Below are positions 52,631 through 64,000 of a stretch of DNA of 64,000 bases, piece after piece; the stretch's first letter is position 1; each line of letters starts with the position of its first letter. Below the pieces are notes generated by a model that made no database searches, was not told the origin of the DNA, and saw only the letters and a list, made by a program, of their open reading frames with translations. Location: assembly GCA_963667465.2 (NCBI GenBank), contig CAXXDN010000002.1, positions 1,056,001-1,120,000 of the forward strand, written 5' to 3'. A program made the position numbers and the translations under genes. The DNA is from Dehalococcoidia bacterium (GTDB lineage Bacteria; Chloroflexota; Dehalococcoidia; UBA2979).

Positions 52631-53961
52631 TGGCGGCCGCAGCGGCCTCGGGGCTGCCGCTGGAGGGCGTGCGTGTGCTCGCACAGGCGATCGTCTGGGC
52701 GGGACCGTTCGGCTCGATGATCCTCGCCGACCTCGGCGCGGAGGTGATCGAGGTCGAGTCGATCCAGCACCTCAACCCGACGCGCACCTTCTACCGCCAC
52801 ATCTCGGAGCTGCAGCGCGACGGCAACACCGGAGCGGGTCTCGCGAACCGCGACACGAGCGAGGGATTCTGGAATCGCTACACCTTCTTCAACTACGGGA
52901 AACGCGCCCACAAGAGCGTCACGCTCGACCTCCACAGCGAGCGCGGGCACGAGCTGTTCCTCGAGCTCGTCCGCCACTCCGACGCCTTCATCGAGAACAA
53001 CGCCGAGGGCGTCGTGGCGAGCCTCGGCATCGACTGGCCGACGCTGTCCGAGGTCAACCCGCAGCTGATCATGATTCGCTTCCCCGGCTTCGGCCTCAGC
53101 GGGCCCTACCGCGACTTCAAGGGCTTCGGGGCGGCGATGGAGGCGTTGGCCGGGCACACCCTGATCCGCGGCTACCGGGACTCCGACCCCTCGCAAACGC
53201 CGCCCACCTACCACGCCGACCCCAACGCCGGCGCGCACATGGCCTTCGCCCTGCAAACGGCGCTCTACCAGCGCGAGCGCACCGGCGAGGGGCGGCTGGT
53301 CGAGCTGGCGCAGTCGGAGGCGGTGATGCACCACGTCTCGCACGCCTGGATGGACCACGAGCTGAACGGACGGCTACAGGAGCACTGGGGCAACCGCCAC
53401 CCCTCGATGGCCCCGTACGGCATCTTTCCCACTGCCGAGGAGCCGGGCGTGGAGCATGACTTACTCCCTTATGTCGCGCTCGCCGTCCCGAATGACCGCG
53501 CCTGGGCGGCGCTCTGCGAGGCGATGGGCGAGCCCGAGCTAGCCTCGGACGAACGCTACGCCGACGTCGTCTCGCGCTACCGCAATCAGGACGAGCTGGA
53601 ACCGCGCATCGAGTCGTGGACGGGGCAGCACACGGCGCGCGCGCTGATGCTGCTGCTGCAAGGGGCCGGCGTGCCCGCGGCGATGGTCAACCGGCAGACC
53701 CTGATGCATGGCGACCCGCAGCTGCAAGCGCGCGGCTTCTTCGAGCCGATCACCCACCCCGAGGCTGGCACGCACCTCTACCCCGGCCCGCTGGCCCGCT
53801 TCAGCGAGCAGCCGCTGAGCCCCGTGCGCGGCCCCGCCCCCACCCTCGGCCAGCACAACCACGAGCTGCTCTGCGGCCTGCTCGGCCTCAGCGAGGGGGA
53901 GTACGAGCGCCTCGAGGCGGACGGCGTCATCGGCACCGTCTACACGGAGGACGCGACGTAG
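52630..53961 (+). CDS. Family III CoA-transferase, catalytic subunit
   Basis: IVWAGP, DLGAEVI, YHADPNAG; TGATG coupling. Confidence 0.9.
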   Translation: MAAAAASGLPLEGVRVLAQAIVWAGPFGSMILADLGAEVIEVESIQHLNPTRTFYRHISELQRDGNTGAGLANRDTSEGFWNRYTFFNYGKRAHKSVTLDLHSERGHELFLELVRHSDAFIENNAEGVVASLGIDWPTLSEVNPQLIMIRFPGFGLSGPYRDFKGFGAAMEALAGHTLIRGYRDSDPSQTPPTYHADPNAGAHMAFALQTALYQRERTGEGRLVELAQSEAVMHHVSHAWMDHELNGRLQEHWGNRHPSMAPYGIFPTAEEPGVEHDLLPYVALAVPNDRAWAALCEAMGEPELASDERYADVVSRYRNQDELEPRIESWTGQHTARALMLLLQGAGVPAAMVNRQTLMHGDPQLQARGFFEPITHPEAGTHLYPGPLARFSEQPLSPVRGPAPTLGQHNHELLCGLLGLSEGEYERLEADGVIGTVYTEDAT

Positions 53962-53972
53962 CGCGGGCGGGT

Positions 53973-54068
53973 TCAGTCCTCGCCGAGCGCCGTGAGCACC
54001 TCGACACCAAGCGCCTGCGCGACCTCGCAGGCACCTCGATCGTGCGACATGTACGGGACGCCGGGCGC
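53973..54068 (-). pseudogene. Possible C-terminal remnant of a PIN/VapC toxin
   Basis: PYMSHDRGACEVAQALGVEVL resembles the PIN tail pattern (h-h-T/S-x-D...A-x-x-L-G). Confidence 0.4.
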
Positions 54069-54070
54069 AA

Positions 54071-54280
54071 TCAGGCCCGGTCGAAGGCGCTCGCGTCCAC
54101 ACGAAGGTCTCGCACGATCGCTCGGATCGTTCCGGTTCGGAGATCCTTGCCGCCCCAATTCGGGACAGTGGTCCGCGCGCCGTTGGCGGGATTGCGCCAG
54201 ATTTCGTGAGAGCCCCGTGACTGGCGGTCGAATTCGCAGCCGAGCGCCGTCAACTTGCGAGTGAGCTCGCGGTACCTCAC
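54071..54280 (-). CDS. hicA: HicA family mRNA interferase toxin
   Basis: L..LG....RQSRGSHEIW..P....TTVP...DL..GT...I. Confidence 0.9.
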   Translation of the reverse strand: MRYRELTRKLTALGCEFDRQSRGSHEIWRNPANGARTTVPNWGGKDLRTGTIRAIVRDLRVDASAFDRA

Positions 54281-54513
54281 ACGGCTACTGTGAACTCCCC
54301 GGCAGCCGCGATGGCGGCGGGAAGCTCATCGCCGTGGCGCTCGCAGGATACGATGAAATCTGCCGCCACACCCTCGAGGTTAAACAGGGCCTCCTCGGCG
54401 GTCGCCCCCCACGCCCGGCAGCCCGGGAGCACGGGAACTTCCGCGAGGTACATGTCTTCTGTCTCCTCGGATGGCGCTCGCAGGGTGTACGGCAACCTGT
54501 ACTGCTTCGGCAT
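54277..54513 (-). CDS. hicB: HicB family antitoxin (short, no DNA-binding domain)
   Basis: YLAEVPVLPGC.AWGAT.EEAL.N; GTGA overlap with hicA. Confidence 0.88.
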   Translation of the reverse strand: MPKQYRLPYTLRAPSEETEDMYLAEVPVLPGCRAWGATAEEALFNLEGVAADFIVSCERHGDELPAAIAAAGEFTVAV

Positions 54514-54731
54514 CCCCACGCCCCCGGCGATGTCGCGTGACCTCTCTCGAGGATACCACGCAGGACTCTGTCGCCTGCTCGGCCTCAGCGAGGCGGAGTA
54601 CCAACGTCTTGAGGCAGATTGGACCATCGGCACCCTCTACAAGGGGGACACGACTTGGCGGGGCGGGACAGCGCCAGCCTCCAACCCCGGACACCGCCAG
54701 CACCATCGCGCGCGGCGCTACACTGGATTGC

Positions 54732-56626
54732 ATGACCGAGTCCGCTGTCCTCGAGCAGGCGCAGGCGCTTCCGGAGCGTCCGGGCGTCTACCTGATGAAG
54801 GACGCCCGCGGGCAGGTGCTCTACATCGGCAAGGCCCGCCGGCTGCGCTCCCGCGTGCGCTCCTACTTCGGCTCCGGCCGCAGCATGGAGCGCCGCATCC
54901 ACGCGCTCGTCGAGCAGATCGACACACTTGACCACGTCGTCACCAGCAACGAGGCGGAGGCGCTGCTGCTGGAGGCCACCCTCGTCAAGCGCCACCAGCC
55001 CATCTACAACGTCCGCCTCAAGGACGACAAGCACTACCCCTACCTCAAGATCGACGTGCAGGAGGACTGGCCGCGCGTCACCATCACCCGCCGCGTCGAG
55101 CAGGACGGCGCGCGCTACTTCGGGCCATACGCCTCGGCGGGCTCGGTGCGGCGCACGCTCGACGTGGTGAAGAAGCTCTTCCCCTGGCGCTCCTGCACCA
55201 AGACGATCACCGGCACCGACCCCCGCCCCTGCCTCGACTACTACATCAAGCGCTGCATCGCCCCGTGCACCGCTTACTGCACGCCCGAGGAGTACCGCCA
55301 GGTCATCGACCAGACGCTGCTCTTCCTCGAAGGCCGCAGCAGCGACGTGTTGAAGCACGTCGAGCAGCAGATGCACGAGGCCGCCGACGGCCTCGAGTTC
55401 GAGCGCGCCGCCCGCCTGCGCGACCAGGCCGAGGCGATCCGCCGCGTCACCGAGCGCCAGCGCATGGCCACCACCAACTCCTCGACGCCGACGTCTTCGC
55501 GCTGGCGCGCAGCGACGACGAGGCCTGCGTGCAGGTCTTTTTCGTGCGCGGCACCGTCGTCGCCGACACCGACTCGTTCATGCTCGACGGAGCGCGCGAG
55601 GCGCCCGACGCGAGCGACGCCGAGGTGCTGGGCGCCTTCCTCGCACAGTTCTACGAGTCGGCGACGTACGTGCCACGCAGCGTGCTGCTCTCGCAGGCGC
55701 CGGCCGACCGCAAGCAGTTGCGCGAGGCGCTGCGCGCGAAGCGCGGCGGCGCGGTCGAGATCGCCGTTCCGGAGCGCGGCGAGCTGCGCGCCCTCGTCGC
55801 CACCGCCGAGGAGAACGCCCGCGAGGCGCTGGCGATGCACCGCGTGCGCTGGCTCGCCGACCGCGACAAGACGGCCGCCGCGCTCTCCACGCTGCAGGAC
55901 GAACTCGACCTGCCGGAGCGTCCACAACGCATCGAGTGCTACGACATCTCCACGATCCAGGGCAGCGACACCGTGGCCTCGATGGTGGTGTTCGAGGACG
56001 GCCGCCCGCGCAGCGACCAGTACCGCCGATTCCGCATCCGCAGTGTCGAGGGCCAGGACGACTTCGCCTCGATGCGGGAGGTCCTGTCACGCCGCTTCAA
56101 GCGCCTCGCCGAGCGTATCGGGACGGAGCGCGAGACCGACGGGGAGGGAGAGCAGGCCGCCACCGAGGACAAGCCGGACGCGCCCGAGGCGCCGTGGGAC
56201 AGGCTTCCCGGCCTCGTGGTGATCGACGGCGGGCGAGGCCAACTCGGCGCGGCGCTCGACGTGCTCCGCGACCTCGGGCTCGGCGACGTGCCGACCTGCG
56301 GGCTGGCCAAGCGCGAGGAGGAGATCTACGTCGCAGACCTCGCCGAGCCGGTGCGCCTGCCACGCACCTCGCAGGCGCTCTACCTGCTGCAGCGCATCCG
56401 CGACGAGGCGCACCGCTTCGCCGTCACCTACCACCGCACCGTACGAGGCAAGCGCGTGCGCCAGTCCGCCCTCGACGCCGTCCCGGGCATCGGGCCGAAG
56501 CGCAAGCGCGCGCTGCTGCGCAAGTTCGGCTCGGTGAAGGCGCTGCGCGCCGCCTCGATCGAGGAGATCGCGGGCACACAGGGCGTCAGCCGCCGCCTCG
56601 CCGAGACCGTCAAGCGCTCGCTGTAG
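54732..56626 (+). CDS. uvrC: Excinuclease ABC subunit C with an apparent 1-bp deletion near 55478
   Basis: GIY-YIG (PGVYLM...YIGKA), ERAARLRD, then [22 protein letters not shown] and HhH in another frame. Confidence 0.9.
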
Positions 56627-56648
56627 CGCGCCGCAGGATCGCTGCCCC

Positions 56649-57383
56649 TTGTTCCGCAGCCCAATCTTCCGCCGGCTCAAGCGCAAGCGCTCCGATCGGC
56701 CAAACGGCGCGGCGACTGACGCGGCCCAAGCGCGCGCCGGGGCGCGTGAGGAGCTGGTGCGGCTCGTCGCCCGCGAGGTCGGCGACCGGCGAGTCCTGGA
56801 CGCGATGCGCTCGGTTCCCCGCCACGAGTTCGTGCCCTCCGAGCTGCGCGGCTTCGCCTACGAGGACAGCGCGCTCCCGATCGGCCACGACCAGACCATC
56901 TCGCAGCCGCTGATCGTCGGCCTGATGACGGAGGCAGCCGCCCTCGCCGGACTGGACGGCGGCGAGCGCGTGCTCGAGGTGGGGGCGGGATCGGGTTACC
57001 AGGCGGCGGTCCTCGCGCACCTCGCGAGCGAGGTCGTCGCGGTCGAGCGCATCGAGGATCTGCGCGCCGCCGCGGCTCGACGGCTCGAGCACCTGGGGCT
57101 GCGCAACGTGCGCTGCCTCGCCGCCGGCGAGCGGCTGGGCGCGCCGGATGAGGCGCCGTTCGACGCGATCCTGGTCACTGCCGCCGCGCCCTCGCTGCCC
57201 CCGGGGCTGGTCGCACAACTCGCCGAAGGCGGGCGGCTCATCATTCCCGTCGGTGGTCGCGAGGGGCAGGAACTGCTGGTCGTCACGAAGGACGGGGGCC
57301 GGGGGCGGCAGCGTTCGCTTGGCGGCTGCCGCTTCGTCCCGCTGATCGGCGACGAGGCGTTCCCGGAGCAGGGCGCATGGTGA
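56649..57383 (+). CDS. pcm: Protein-L-isoaspartate O-methyltransferase
   Basis: VPRHEFV, AYEDSALPIG..QTISQP, VLEVGAGSGYQ, APFDAI, FVPL; start uncertain. Confidence 0.93.
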   Translation: MFRSPIFRRLKRKRSDRPNGAATDAAQARAGAREELVRLVAREVGDRRVLDAMRSVPRHEFVPSELRGFAYEDSALPIGHDQTISQPLIVGLMTEAAALAGLDGGERVLEVGAGSGYQAAVLAHLASEVVAVERIEDLRAAAARRLEHLGLRNVRCLAAGERLGAPDEAPFDAILVTAAAPSLPPGLVAQLAEGGRLIIPVGGREGQELLVVTKDGGRGRQRSLGGCRFVPLIGDEAFPEQGAW

Positions 57384-57520
57384 GAGATTCGGCGTATCTT
57401 CTGTCGATCAGGGCGCGCACGCCGATCCCCATCCCCTATACTGGCGCGGCCCTGCCGCCGCCCCGCCCGGGATTCTCAGCGAGCGCCTGCGGACGGGCGC
57501 GAACGGACGCGAGGACGCCT

Positions 57521-59792
<2,272 letters not shown>

Positions 59793-59814
59793 CGGCGTCC
59801 CGGATGTGCCGCGT

Positions 59815-60201
59815 TCAGACTCCGGCGAGCCGCCGGGCGTCCTCGATGTAGTCGGCGGTTTCGCGAATCAGGCGTTCGATACCCTCGACAGGTTCGCACA
59901 GGCCGATGTAGAAGCACTCGCCGTGCTGGGCGCCCTGCCGCTCGTAGTAGCGAGCGCGTAAGGAGCCGGCGGCCGGCTGGACCCGCTCAAGCGCGCGCAG
60001 TCCGCTGCCTGTGTCCGGGGAGCGCCGGGGCTCCTCGCCGGTGCGGGCGAGGATCAGCGCGTCCGTTGCGCGTTTGGCAGCGCACCACGCCTTCTCCGCC
60101 GCGTCGCGGATGTCACCGGCCGCCATCCGCTCCAGGGCGGACTCTTGCATCCGGCGGGCGTCGGCGAAGGCGCTGCTGGCATCAGTCGCTGCGGTCGTCA
60201 T
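59815..60201 (-). CDS. HEPN/PaREP1-like protein
   Basis: GDIRDAAEKAWCAA and H...FY motifs; all-alpha, 128 aa. Confidence 0.65.
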   Translation of the reverse strand: MTTAATDASSAFADARRMQESALERMAAGDIRDAAEKAWCAAKRATDALILARTGEEPRRSPDTGSGLRALERVQPAAGSLRARYYERQGAQHGECFYIGLCEPVEGIERLIRETADYIEDARRLAGV

Positions 60202-60309
60202 GGGCGCCCCGTCCAGCACGGGAGCGGTCGCACCGCGGATCGTAGCACGAGCGACGATCGGGACGGCGCGAACCTGCCTCTTCACTCACCGATCCCCCAC
60301 AATGCACGC

Positions 60310-61206
60310 ATGACCACCAACGGCGACCTGCGCGCACTCGACCCGCCGCAGCGGGTGTCCGGGATGCGCGTGCCCGAGGGCTGGACACTGCCCGGCAAGC
60401 CGGACGGGCTCTCGGCGGCGGCGGCCGACGCCTGGCGGCAGAGCGGCTTCCTGCTCGGCGAGGAATTGCAGGCCCTCGAGGCCGGGTTCGACCTGCAGGT
60501 GCGCGTCGCAGCCAGCGGCTACACGCCGCGGGCGCGCACGATGGCGATGGCGGCGCTCGCGAGCCTCTGGAGCCGCGCGCTGCTCAGCGCCTCGGACGCC
60601 GTCGCGCTCGTCCGGCGCGGCGCCTACCAGAGCGCCGCCCCGCTGATCCGCCAGGCGATCGAACACGTCGCCGCGCAGGCCGCGCTGCACGAGGAGCCCG
60701 ACGCCTTCGCGCAGTGGGCCGTCGCCGCCTACGAGCGCGACGAGGAGGCGCGCGCCGAGGAGGTCGGCCTCGGCCACTTCTTCGGCGGCGAGGCGATCGC
60801 CCGCGACGCTGCGCTGCGCCCGATCTACCGCGCCGCGGGCGACCTCGGGCGGCCCAACTTCGGCCCGACGGCGCTGTTCACGGCGGCCGACGCCGGCCGC
60901 CTGCGCTACCCCCTCGTCTTTGCCGACGAGGCGTTCCACCTTGGCTGGGCGCAGCTGCTGCTCGGCTGGCTGGTGCAGATCGACGCAAGCCAGCTGCACC
61001 TCGCGCTGCACACCCGCGACCACTTCCCCGCCACCGCGGAGCTGCGCGACGAGGCCGTCGCCCACGTCCGCGCCTCGGAACGCCTGCTCACGGAGGGCGA
61101 CCGTTGCCGCCTCGAGGAGCACACGGACGCCGAGGGCAGGCGACGCCACCTGATCGACAGCTTCCGCCGCCGGCCCGGCGACGCGCCGAAGCGAATCCTG
61201 CTCTGA
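60310..61206 (+). CDS. Hypothetical protein (alpha-helical)
   Basis: Strong GC3 coding bias; CACAAT 6 nt before the ATG; LIRQAIE motif. Confidence 0.75.
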   Translation: MTTNGDLRALDPPQRVSGMRVPEGWTLPGKPDGLSAAAADAWRQSGFLLGEELQALEAGFDLQVRVAASGYTPRARTMAMAALASLWSRALLSASDAVALVRRGAYQSAAPLIRQAIEHVAAQAALHEEPDAFAQWAVAAYERDEEARAEEVGLGHFFGGEAIARDAALRPIYRAAGDLGRPNFGPTALFTAADAGRLRYPLVFADEAFHLGWAQLLLGWLVQIDASQLHLALHTRDHFPATAELRDEAVAHVRASERLLTEGDRCRLEEHTDAEGRRRHLIDSFRRRPGDAPKRILL

Positions 61207-61320
61207 TGCGCCCGATCAGCGGGATCGAGCCGCCTCCGCCCCTCGCGGCAACGGGCCGAGGCGGTAGAATCGGGGCGAGGCCGTCGCTCCCCTCTCCCCG
61301 CACCGCGAGAGGATGACCGC

Positions 61321-62349
61321 ATGACCACCTCGAAGCTCCGAGTCGGCATCAACGGCTTCGGACGCACCGGACGCCAGTTCATGCGCGCCTGGTGGGAGCG
61401 CCACCGCGACACCTTCGATGTCGTCGCGATCAACGGCCGCACCCCGGTCGGGATGCACACGCACCTGCTGCGCTACGACTCGGACTACGGCCGCTTCCCG
61501 GCCGCGGTCAGCGACGGCGCCGACTGCTTCCGCATCGAGGACCACGAGGTGCACGTCTTCGCGGAGGACGACCCCACGCAGATTAGCTGGGGCGCCGTCG
61601 GTGTCGACGTCGTCGTCGAATCGACCGGCGCGTTCCGCAGCCGCGAGGCGGCGGGCCAGCACCTGCGCGACTCGGTGCGCAAGGTGATCATCTCGGCGCC
61701 GGGCAAGGACGAGGACTGGATGGTCATCCTCGGCGTGAACCAGGACGAGTACGACCCGGCGCGCCACCACGTGATCAGCGCCGGATCCTGCACTACCAAC
61801 TGCGTGGTGCCGGTGGTCAAGGTGCTGCACGACTCGTTCGGCATTGAGCGCGGGATGATGACCACGATCCACGCCTACACGCGCGACCAGAACCTCGTCG
61901 ACTCGAAGCACAGCGACCTGCGGCGTGCGCGGGCGGCCGGCCTCAACATCGTCCCGACCTCGACGGGCGCGGCGGGCGCCGTGGCGCAGATCGTCCCCGA
62001 CCTCAAGGGCAAGCTGACCGGCATCGCCTACCGCGTGCCGACGCCGACCGTCTCCGTGGTGGACCTCGCGACGGACCTCGCGAAGTCGGCCTCGGCCGAG
62101 GAGATCAACGAGGCCTTCCAGGCGGCGGCGGACGGCCCGATGAAGGGCATCCTCTACGCCGAGCGCGAGGAGCTGGTCTCGACGGACTTCAAGAGCCACC
62201 CCGGATCCTCGATCTTCGACGTGCCCGCGACGATGGTGGTGGACGGCGGCCGGATGGCGAAGACGATGGCCTGGTACGACAACGAGTACGGCTACTCGTG
62301 CCGCCTCGCCGACCTCTGCGCCCTCCTCGCGGAGCGCGGTCTGGAGTAG
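61321..62349 (+). CDS. gap: Type I glyceraldehyde-3-phosphate dehydrogenase
   Basis: GINGFGR, ESTG, SCTTNC, RVPT, WYDNE. Confidence 0.96.
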   Translation: MTTSKLRVGINGFGRTGRQFMRAWWERHRDTFDVVAINGRTPVGMHTHLLRYDSDYGRFPAAVSDGADCFRIEDHEVHVFAEDDPTQISWGAVGVDVVVESTGAFRSREAAGQHLRDSVRKVIISAPGKDEDWMVILGVNQDEYDPARHHVISAGSCTTNCVVPVVKVLHDSFGIERGMMTTIHAYTRDQNLVDSKHSDLRRARAAGLNIVPTSTGAAGAVAQIVPDLKGKLTGIAYRVPTPTVSVVDLATDLAKSASAEEINEAFQAAADGPMKGILYAEREELVSTDFKSHPGSSIFDVPATMVVDGGRMAKTMAWYDNEYGYSCRLADLCALLAERGLE

Positions 62350-62353
62350 CGGG

Positions 62354-62647
62354 CTACGCCACGCCCTGCCGCGCGAGCGCGAGTGCGAGCCGGTAGTCGG
62401 CATCAAGCCCGACCCAGATGTGCGCGGCCGTCCCGAGCACGGCTTCGAGCTGCAGCGCCGTCTCGGCAGAGATGCCCCGGCGGCCACGGACGATCTCGCT
62501 AATGAGCTGCGGCGGCCGCCCCATCAGCGTAGCCAGTTCGCGCTGCGACATCCCGCGCGCCTCAAGCTCCTCGGCGAGGAGTTCGCCGGGGTGGATCACC
62601 GCGTCCGAGACGGCCACGCGCTTCGCCGTGCTTGTCATGCTAGCCAT
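62354..62647 (-). CDS. higA: HigA antitoxin (Xre HTH)
   Basis: IHPGELLAEEL, SQRELA, ISAETALQL. Confidence 0.92.
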   Translation of the reverse strand: MASMTSTAKRVAVSDAVIHPGELLAEELEARGMSQRELATLMGRPPQLISEIVRGRRGISAETALQLEAVLGTAAHIWVGLDADYRLALALARQGVA

Positions 62648-62936
62648 GATAGTCCACCACCTCGACGACGATCACCGTGTCCGGATCGTCTCCCCGTTCG
62701 ATGATCAACCGCATCCGGCCCGTGAGCCGCAGTGCGTACTGGCCGCGCCGATCGCCTCTGAGCGGATGGAGCCCAAGAGCCCGGAATCCGTAGAGGTACT
62801 CGAATCCACGCGCCCGCTGGATCGCTCTGACTCGCTCGACGTAGCGGTCACCGACCTCGGGTCCCCACTCGCGTATGGCGAGGTCAAGACGCTCGAAGCA
62901 GCGCTCGAGGCGGCGCGTGCGAAAGTCGACCTCCAC
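62640..62936 (-). CDS. higB: HigB/RelE-family toxin
   Basis: LHPLRGDRRGQYALRLTG..RLI and VVDYH; toxin-first order. Confidence 0.9.
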   Translation of the reverse strand: MEVDFRTRRLERCFERLDLAIREWGPEVGDRYVERVRAIQRARGFEYLYGFRALGLHPLRGDRRGQYALRLTGRMRLIIERGDDPDTVIVVEVVDYHG

Positions 62937-63072
62937 GGACGCTCGCTCTCGGATGCCGCTCTCGCTCCTACTCGAACATAGCTCAGTTGCGTCACGCAGA
63001 GCCAGCGAGATGGCCCGTCTTGGGCTCTACCCCGCGACTCGCCGTACTCTTCGCCTTGCTACACTCCCCCCA

Positions 63073-64000
63073 ATGCTGGAAACACTCAGCGAGCGGCTGC
63101 AGGCCACGGTTGGCCGCCTCGGGAGCCGCGGGCGGATTACCGAGGACGACCTCGATACGGCGCTGCGCGAGGTGCGCATCGCGCTGCTCGAGGCGGACGT
63201 CAACTTCCAGGTCGTGCGCGACTTCGTCGCGCGCGTGCGGGAGCGCACCTCCGGCGCCGAGCTGCTGCAGTCGATCACGCCCGGCCAGCAGGTGATCGGC
63301 GCCGTCAACGACGAGCTGGTCGAGATCCTCGGCGGCGGCCACGAGCCGCTGCTGCGAGCGCAACGAGGACCGACCAAGATCCTCGTCTGCGGCGTGCAGG
63401 GATCGGGCAAGACCACGCTCGCGGGGCGGCTCGCGCTGCACCTCCAGAAGGACGGCCTGCAACCCCTGCTCGTCTCCACCGACTTCCAGCGCGCCGCCGC
63501 CTCCGAGCAGCTACGCGTCCTCGGCGACCAGATCGGCGTCCCCGTCTACGCCGAGGAGACCGCGGCGCCTGCCCCGGAGATCGGCAAGCGCGCGCTCGCC
63601 GAGGCGAAGCGCTCGGGCGCAGGCGCCGTCATCGTCGACACCCGCGGCGCGGTCGCCCTGGACGACGAGTTCGCCGACGAGCTGGCGGACCTCGCCGATG
63701 AGATCGACCCGACCGAGGTGCTGATCGTCGTCGACGCGATGACCGGCCAGGAAGCGGTCACGCTCGCCCGCGACTTCGACGACGCCGTCGAGGGCACCGG
63801 CATCGTCGTCACCAAGGTCGACTCCGACACGCGCGGCGGGGCCGTGCTCTCCGTGCGCCAGGTGACCGGCCTGCCGATCAAGTTCCTCACCACCGGCGAG
63901 CGCCTCGAGGCGCTGGAGGCCTTCCACCCGGACCGCTTCGCCTCGCGGATTCTCGGCATGGGCGACGTGGTGTCGCTGGTCGAGAAGGCGAAGGAGACGA
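63073..64000 (+). CDS. ffh: Signal recognition particle protein Ffh, 3'-partial (absent from the ORF track)
   Basis: MLETLSERL, ALLEADVN, GVQGSGKTT, TKVD, RGGA, FHPDRFASRILGMGD. Confidence 0.92.
   Translation, partial: MLETLSERLQATVGRLGSRGRITEDDLDTALREVRIALLEADVNFQVVRDFVARVRERTSGAELLQSITPGQQVIGAVNDELVEILGGGHEPLLRAQRGPTKILVCGVQGSGKTTLAGRLALHLQKDGLQPLLVSTDFQRAAASEQLRVLGDQIGVPVYAEETAAPAPEIGKRALAEAKRSGAGAVIVDTRGAVALDDEFADELADLADEIDPTEVLIVVDAMTGQEAVTLARDFDDAVEGTGIVVTKVDSDTRGGAVLSVRQVTGLPIKFLTTGERLEALEAFHPDRFASRILGMGDVVSLVEKAKET

Larger units (their letters stand above)
53869..54667. repeat. Degenerate ~100-bp direct repeat (53869-53971 and 54566-54667) flanking hicBA
   Basis: Hand alignment gives 19 mismatches in 93 nt without indels; similarity continues past the stop codon. 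Confidence 0.9.

Noticed and set aside
55465-55490. Programmed ribosomal frameshifting in uvrC or the MMPL gene
   Set aside because: No slippery heptamer or stimulatory element seen; error or mutation is simpler.

Overview
High-GC (about 70% by eye) bacterial chromosomal window. The expansion of family III CoA-transferases, enoyl-CoA hydratases, SDRs and luciferase-like monooxygenases, together with tRNA-Arg(GCG), suggests a Chloroflexota (Dehalococcoidia/SAR202-like) genome; this is inference. It holds about 60 CDSs: acyl-CoA/aromatic catabolism, ABC and MFS transporters, and the housekeeping genes acnA, pepN, uvrC, pcm, xerD, eno, gap and ffh. There are three tRNAs (Val-CAC, Leu-CAG, Arg-GCG), three complete toxin-antitoxin pairs (vapBC, hicBA, higBA), a solo HEPN/PaREP1-like gene and several gene remnants. 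No CRISPR array, transposase or prophage was seen. The best candidate for an undescribed system is 25476-27279. It encodes two tandem paralogous ~110-aa proteins built from a duplicated 43-aa amphipathic helix with 11-residue periodicity, behind a low-GC regulatory region, flanked by a glycine-zipper protein and a coiled-coil protein with a C-terminal amphipathic helix. Other notable items are a hicBA cassette bracketed by a decayed ~100-bp copy of the upstream gene's 3' end, three CoA-transferase pairs with one apparently non-catalytic subunit, an Ffh with DTRGA instead of DTAGR, and a GAPDH with NADP-type signatures. All calls are by eye from motifs; no database searches were run.
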